The translations under genes were made by a program, and so were the position numbers. 22,610 nucleotides of DNA from a virus (lineage: Duplodnaviria; Heunggongvirae; Uroviricota; Caudoviricetes): the IMG/VR virus record IMGVR_UViG_2526164650_000003; one strand, written 5' to 3'. Shown here one piece after another: positions 18,616 through 22,610 of this stretch (the stretch's first letter is position 1; each line of letters begins with the position of its first letter). Below the pieces are notes generated by a model. That model searched no databases. It had not been told where the DNA came from and saw only the letters and a program-made list of their open reading frames with translations.

Positions 18616-18789
18616 AAGCGTTTTATCTTCAACGGGAATGAGATATGGAAACGTGGAGAATCAACCACAGAGTATACCCGCGCACACCAGCGAACAATCA
18701 GACGACTGCGCAGACTCATCGCCAGGAAACAGTATACAGAAAAATGGTTCAGAAAATATGACACATGGAGCGCCGGATATTACGAACTG
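18616..18789 (+). pseudogene. Start-less ORF fragment immediately right of the IS600-like element
   Basis: Open frame ...EYTRAHQRTIRRLRRLIARKQYTEKWFRKYDTWSAGYYELMATKPF with protein-like composition but no ATG/GTG start after the upstream stop; likely 5'-truncated. Confidence 0.25.
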
Positions 18790-18870
18790 ATGGCAACAAA
18801 ACCATTCTGACGTAAACGAAATTAACCATGACGCAATTAAATAAGGCAAGCCGAATACATCAGGAGGACC

Positions 18871-19059
18871 ATGAACATTTATTTCAGAATAGTTATATCA
18901 CTGGCAATTATCGCATGTATTTACGGATTAATCGTTCCGGCCCTCATATCAATGAAGGATACGGTAGCAGTGATTTCTGGCTTTGCTCTGGCGTGTCTGA
19001 CCCCGCCCTGCATTTATGCCATTTATAAGGGTCTTTCTTTTTCTAAGGATAAAAGATGA
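18871..19059 (+). CDS. Small two-pass membrane protein (62 aa)
   Basis: Strong SD caggagg 6 nt upstream; two hydrophobic helices (IVISLAIIACIYGLIVPALI and VAVISGFALACLTPPCIYAIY); its stop overlaps the ATG of the next gene (ATGA). Confidence 0.6.
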   Translation: MNIYFRIVISLAIIACIYGLIVPALISMKDTVAVISGFALACLTPPCIYAIYKGLSFSKDKR

Positions 19060-19883
19060 AAAAAGTTATTCCTGCTTTAGCCCTTGTTCTGCTGACCACC
19101 GGACTTGTCGGTTGCGATCGCGTTGAGCCTGGTAATGTTGGCATCAAGGTAAACAAACTGGGCGACGATAAAGGCGTCGGAGAAGTGGTCGGTGTTGGGC
19201 GCTACTGGACGGGATGGAACACTGAGGTTTACATCTTCCCGACCTTCAAACAAATGAAGACCTACGATGAGCCATTCAGCTTCCAGATGAGTGACGGTAC
19301 AACCATCGGCTATCACATCGGCGTGGCCTACAAAGTTGATCCATCCAAAGTTACCACAGTCTTTCAGACCTACCGCAAAGGCGTGGACGACATTACCGAC
19401 ACCGACCTGCGCCAGAAGATAGCCGACGCACTCAACCGACTGGCCAGCAAAATGACCACCGACAAATTTATCGACGGCGGCAAGTCTGAGCTGCTGGATG
19501 CAGCTCTTAAAGACATTCAGGAAGAAATGACGCCCATCGGTATTCAGGTAATGAGCCTCTCATATGTGGGTAAGCCGGAGTACCCGCCTACTGTTATCGA
19601 CAGCATTAATGCCAAAGTCACGGCGAACCAGAAAACCCTGCAATGCGAGCAGGAAGTAAAACAGCGCGAAGCGGAAGCCAACATGTTGCGCGCGGAAGCT
19701 GCCGGACAGGCAGATGCGATTCGCACAAAAGCCCAGGCCGAAGCCGATGCTATTCGTTTACGCGGTGAAGCTCTGCGCCAGAACCCAAACGTTATGGAGC
19801 TGGAAGCCATCAACAAGTGGAACGGTACACTGCCGCAATACATGACCAGCGGTGCCAACACACCATTTATTCAGGTTAAGTAA
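19056..19883 (+). CDS. SPFH/band-7 (prohibitin/HflC-like) domain lipoprotein
   Basis: 275-aa ORF with a lipoprotein signal peptide and lipobox (LLTTGLVGC, Cys20), a band-7-like core and an Ala/Glu/Arg-rich coiled-coil tail (EQEVKQREAEANMLRAEAAGQADAIRTKAQAEADAIRLRGEA) typical of SPFH proteins. Confidence 0.65.
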   Translation: MKKVIPALALVLLTTGLVGCDRVEPGNVGIKVNKLGDDKGVGEVVGVGRYWTGWNTEVYIFPTFKQMKTYDEPFSFQMSDGTTIGYHIGVAYKVDPSKVTTVFQTYRKGVDDITDTDLRQKIADALNRLASKMTTDKFIDGGKSELLDAALKDIQEEMTPIGIQVMSLSYVGKPEYPPTVIDSINAKVTANQKTLQCEQEVKQREAEANMLRAEAAGQADAIRTKAQAEADAIRLRGEALRQNPNVMELEAINKWNGTLPQYMTSGANTPFIQVK

Positions 19884-19926
19884 TACATATGCCCGGTATT
19901 ACACGCCGGGCTGTCTGGAGATAAAA

Positions 19927-20676
19927 ATGAATACTGTAACCATCAACAACAAACAGTTTCCGGTAATCGAATATCGCGGTCAGCGTGTTGTGACGCTGGC
20001 GATGATTGATGAAGTCCACCAGCGACCGGAAGGAACCGCGCGTGCAGCATTCAACCGAAACCGTGAGCATTTCATCAGCGGTGTGGATTATGCCGAATTA
20101 GGTGCGGACGTAATACGTACGGACCTCCCGGAAGGAACATTCTCTAAATTTGCACCATCGGGGATTGTACTTTTTGAATCAGGTTACCTGATGTTGACGA
20201 AGCCATTCAATGACGCCCTTGCCTGGCAGGTTCAGCGCGAACTGGTTAACAGCTACTTCCGCACTCGCACACCGCTAACGGAAATCGAGATGATCGCTGC
20301 GATAGCCGCCGACGCTGTTCGTCAACAGAAGCGCCTGAATCATGTGGAAGAACAGCTCGAAACAGTCACAGAAGCGGTGGAAACCATCAAACGCGGAAAT
20401 ATGCGCGCCGGATATGTCGGTTACCGCCAGGTGGTAGCCAAAAGTGGAATGAGTGACACCAAGTGTCGGAATCTGGTGAACGCATATCAAATTCCTACAG
20501 ACACCCACGAATTCATGACTCCGGACGGTCTGTTGTCTCGCAGGGCTATCGTCGAGCTTGAGCCATTTATGGCGGCGTTCCACCAAATGATGTCAGAGGC
20601 TGACCCACGCGGCACACGCTGGTATCACCCGAAGATGGGGCTTTTCCAGGTGATCGGATGGGAGGATAAAGCATGA
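19927..20676 (+). CDS. KilA-N/ORF6N-family DNA-binding protein (antirepressor-like) with unknown C-terminal domain
   Basis: Start at MNTVTINNKQFPVIEYRGQRVVTLAMIDEVHQRPEGTARAAFNRNREHFISGVDY, a pattern typical of KilA-N/ORF6N N-terminal domains of phage antirepressors; SD ggag upstream. The ORF-track version carries a 25-aa upstream extension. Confidence 0.55.
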   Translation: MNTVTINNKQFPVIEYRGQRVVTLAMIDEVHQRPEGTARAAFNRNREHFISGVDYAELGADVIRTDLPEGTFSKFAPSGIVLFESGYLMLTKPFNDALAWQVQRELVNSYFRTRTPLTEIEMIAAIAADAVRQQKRLNHVEEQLETVTEAVETIKRGNMRAGYVGYRQVVAKSGMSDTKCRNLVNAYQIPTDTHEFMTPDGLLSRRAIVELEPFMAAFHQMMSEADPRGTRWYHPKMGLFQVIGWEDKA

Positions 20677-21242
20677 TCATCCAGTCAAAACTTATTCGCG
20701 CCGCTCTGGTGTGCGCTGCTAAAAACGACGTTCGTTATTACCTGAACGGTCTTCACATCACGCCGAAACATATTGAGGCAACCAATGGTTCCGTGGCACT
20801 GCGCATGGCTCACGGCATCCGGACGAAGAAAAACATCATTGTCCAGTTCGAAGGGGGCGTCCCGGCCAAAGCCGAAACGACAGAGCTGATTTTTAGTAAA
20901 GAGCCGATCGCTGTTCATCGCGACCAGTTTCAGCGACGACTGTCCATTACCGGCATTAAACTGGTGGACGGTTGTTTTCCGGATTTGGATCGCATCATTC
21001 CGAAAAAGTTTGACCGCTGTACTCACCCGGTGCTCCAGGCGGGTTACCTGAGTTATCCAGAGAAGATGTTTGGTCGTGAGCGTAAATTTATTCCCGTCCA
21101 GTTACGTCCCTCCGGTGACGGGCAAGCGGTCAGAATTCAGTTTGATTCCATCATCAACTCAATGTATGGCAATCCTGAATTTGTTGTGATGCCTTGTCGT
21201 GATCATGGCGATTTCAACGTGGCTCAGGAGCATCCGGAATGA
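20673..21242 (+). CDS. Truncated DNA polymerase III beta sliding-clamp (DnaN) homolog, 189 aa
   Basis: Three collinear DnaN-like motifs: KNDVRYYLNG (cf. DnaN QDVRYYLNG, start of domain II), IKLVDGCFPDLDRIIPKK (cf. SKLVDGRFPDYRRVLPKN, domain II-III linker) and EFVVMPCR near the C-terminus (cf. AYVVMPMRL). Start overlaps the upstream stop (ATGA). Confidence 0.6.
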   Translation: MIIQSKLIRAALVCAAKNDVRYYLNGLHITPKHIEATNGSVALRMAHGIRTKKNIIVQFEGGVPAKAETTELIFSKEPIAVHRDQFQRRLSITGIKLVDGCFPDLDRIIPKKFDRCTHPVLQAGYLSYPEKMFGRERKFIPVQLRPSGDGQAVRIQFDSIINSMYGNPEFVVMPCRDHGDFNVAQEHPE

Positions 21243-21361
21243 AAATCGAATACCAGGACGCCGCAGGAGGTGAATCAATGAGCTGGCCTGATGCAATCGT
21301 AACTCTGGGGATGGTATTCGCAGTAGCGTTTGTTGTGTACTCGATTTGTCGATGGGGATAA
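21239..21361 (+). CDS. Small membrane peptide (40 aa from ATG 21239, or 27 aa from ATG 21278)
   Basis: MKIEYQDAAGGES-MSWPDAIVTLGMVFAVAFVVYSICRWG. The first ATG overlaps the DnaN-like stop (ATGA); the internal ATG has a perfect SD aggaggt 6 nt upstream. A single hydrophobic helix. Confidence 0.4.
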   Translation: MKIEYQDAAGGESMSWPDAIVTLGMVFAVAFVVYSICRWG

Positions 21362-21365
21362 CCAC

Positions 21366-21608
21366 ATGTTCGCTTTGATTCAACGCGGGCAGATATACAC
21401 AGACAGAGCCGGATACCCAGTAGAAATTACTCGCAGTACTGAGCACTCAGTGTTCTTTCGGAGGATGGACGGACGTACCGGGCGAGTACGCATCGGTGAA
21501 TTCAGTAGCCTGTTCGAGCATATTGACCACCTGGAATATCACAAGATTCTGGCTGAAACAGAACAAGAAAAGCACCTGAAGAAATTACGCGCAATGCAAA
21601 GGAAGTAA
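21366..21608 (+). CDS. Small phage protein of unknown function (80 aa)
   Basis: MFALIQRGQIYTDRAGYPVEITRSTEHSVFFRRMDGRTGRVRIGEF...; tightly packed in the operon 4 nt after the preceding stop. Confidence 0.5.
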   Translation: MFALIQRGQIYTDRAGYPVEITRSTEHSVFFRRMDGRTGRVRIGEFSSLFEHIDHLEYHKILAETEQEKHLKKLRAMQRK

Positions 21609-21611
21609 AAA

Positions 21612-21758
21612 ATGAATAAAGCGTTTGAGCTATGGGTCCACCAGCGTTACGGCAACCACTACGACCTGACGCGAGATGTTGACGGTTTCTACTGTCGTGA
21701 AATTGTGAAACGAATGTTTGAGGTCTGGTGCCACTGCCGTGGGCTGAGTGTTGTGTGA
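21612..21758 (+). CDS. Small Cys/Trp-containing phage protein of unknown function (48 aa)
   Basis: MNKAFELWVHQRYGNHYDLTRDVDGFYCREIVKRMFEVWCHCRGLSVV; SD aaggaag 8 nt upstream; below the ORF-track length cutoff. Confidence 0.4.
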   Translation: MNKAFELWVHQRYGNHYDLTRDVDGFYCREIVKRMFEVWCHCRGLSVV

Positions 21759-21766
21759 GGTAATGC

Positions 21767-22610
<844 letters not shown>

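Overview
The window is a heavily IS-eroded lambdoid (lambda-like) prophage from an Escherichia/Shigella-type genome, lying in inverted orientation, so the rightward late operon is on the minus strand. Calls rest on by-eye protein similarity and manual tRNA folding; no database search was run. From low to high coordinates: side tail fiber stf (5' part only), the lom moron, then a complete lambda-order tail module J-I-K-L-M-H-T/G-V-U-Z-FII-FI, in which the tape-measure gene H is broken by three frameshifts. Where head, packaging and lysis genes should sit there is instead an IS110-family element with a structured 5' non-coding end. Next come four tightly packed minus-strand tRNAs (Ile-CAU, Arg-UCU, Thr-UGU, Gly-UCC), a Q-like gene translationally coupled to rusA, and an IS600-like IS3-family element (1263 bp) in place of the immunity/replication region. 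The right end holds a plus-strand early-left operon: a small membrane protein, an SPFH lipoprotein, a KilA-N/ORF6N protein, a truncated DnaN-like clamp homolog, several micro-ORFs and an Xis-like gene cut by an IS911-like remnant, itself interrupted by an IS66-family element. No integrase, repressor, CRISPR array or rRNA was found. The most interesting candidates are the truncated beta-clamp homolog and the SPFH lipoprotein pair, followed by the rare-codon tRNA array and a possible bridge-RNA region in the IS110-family element.
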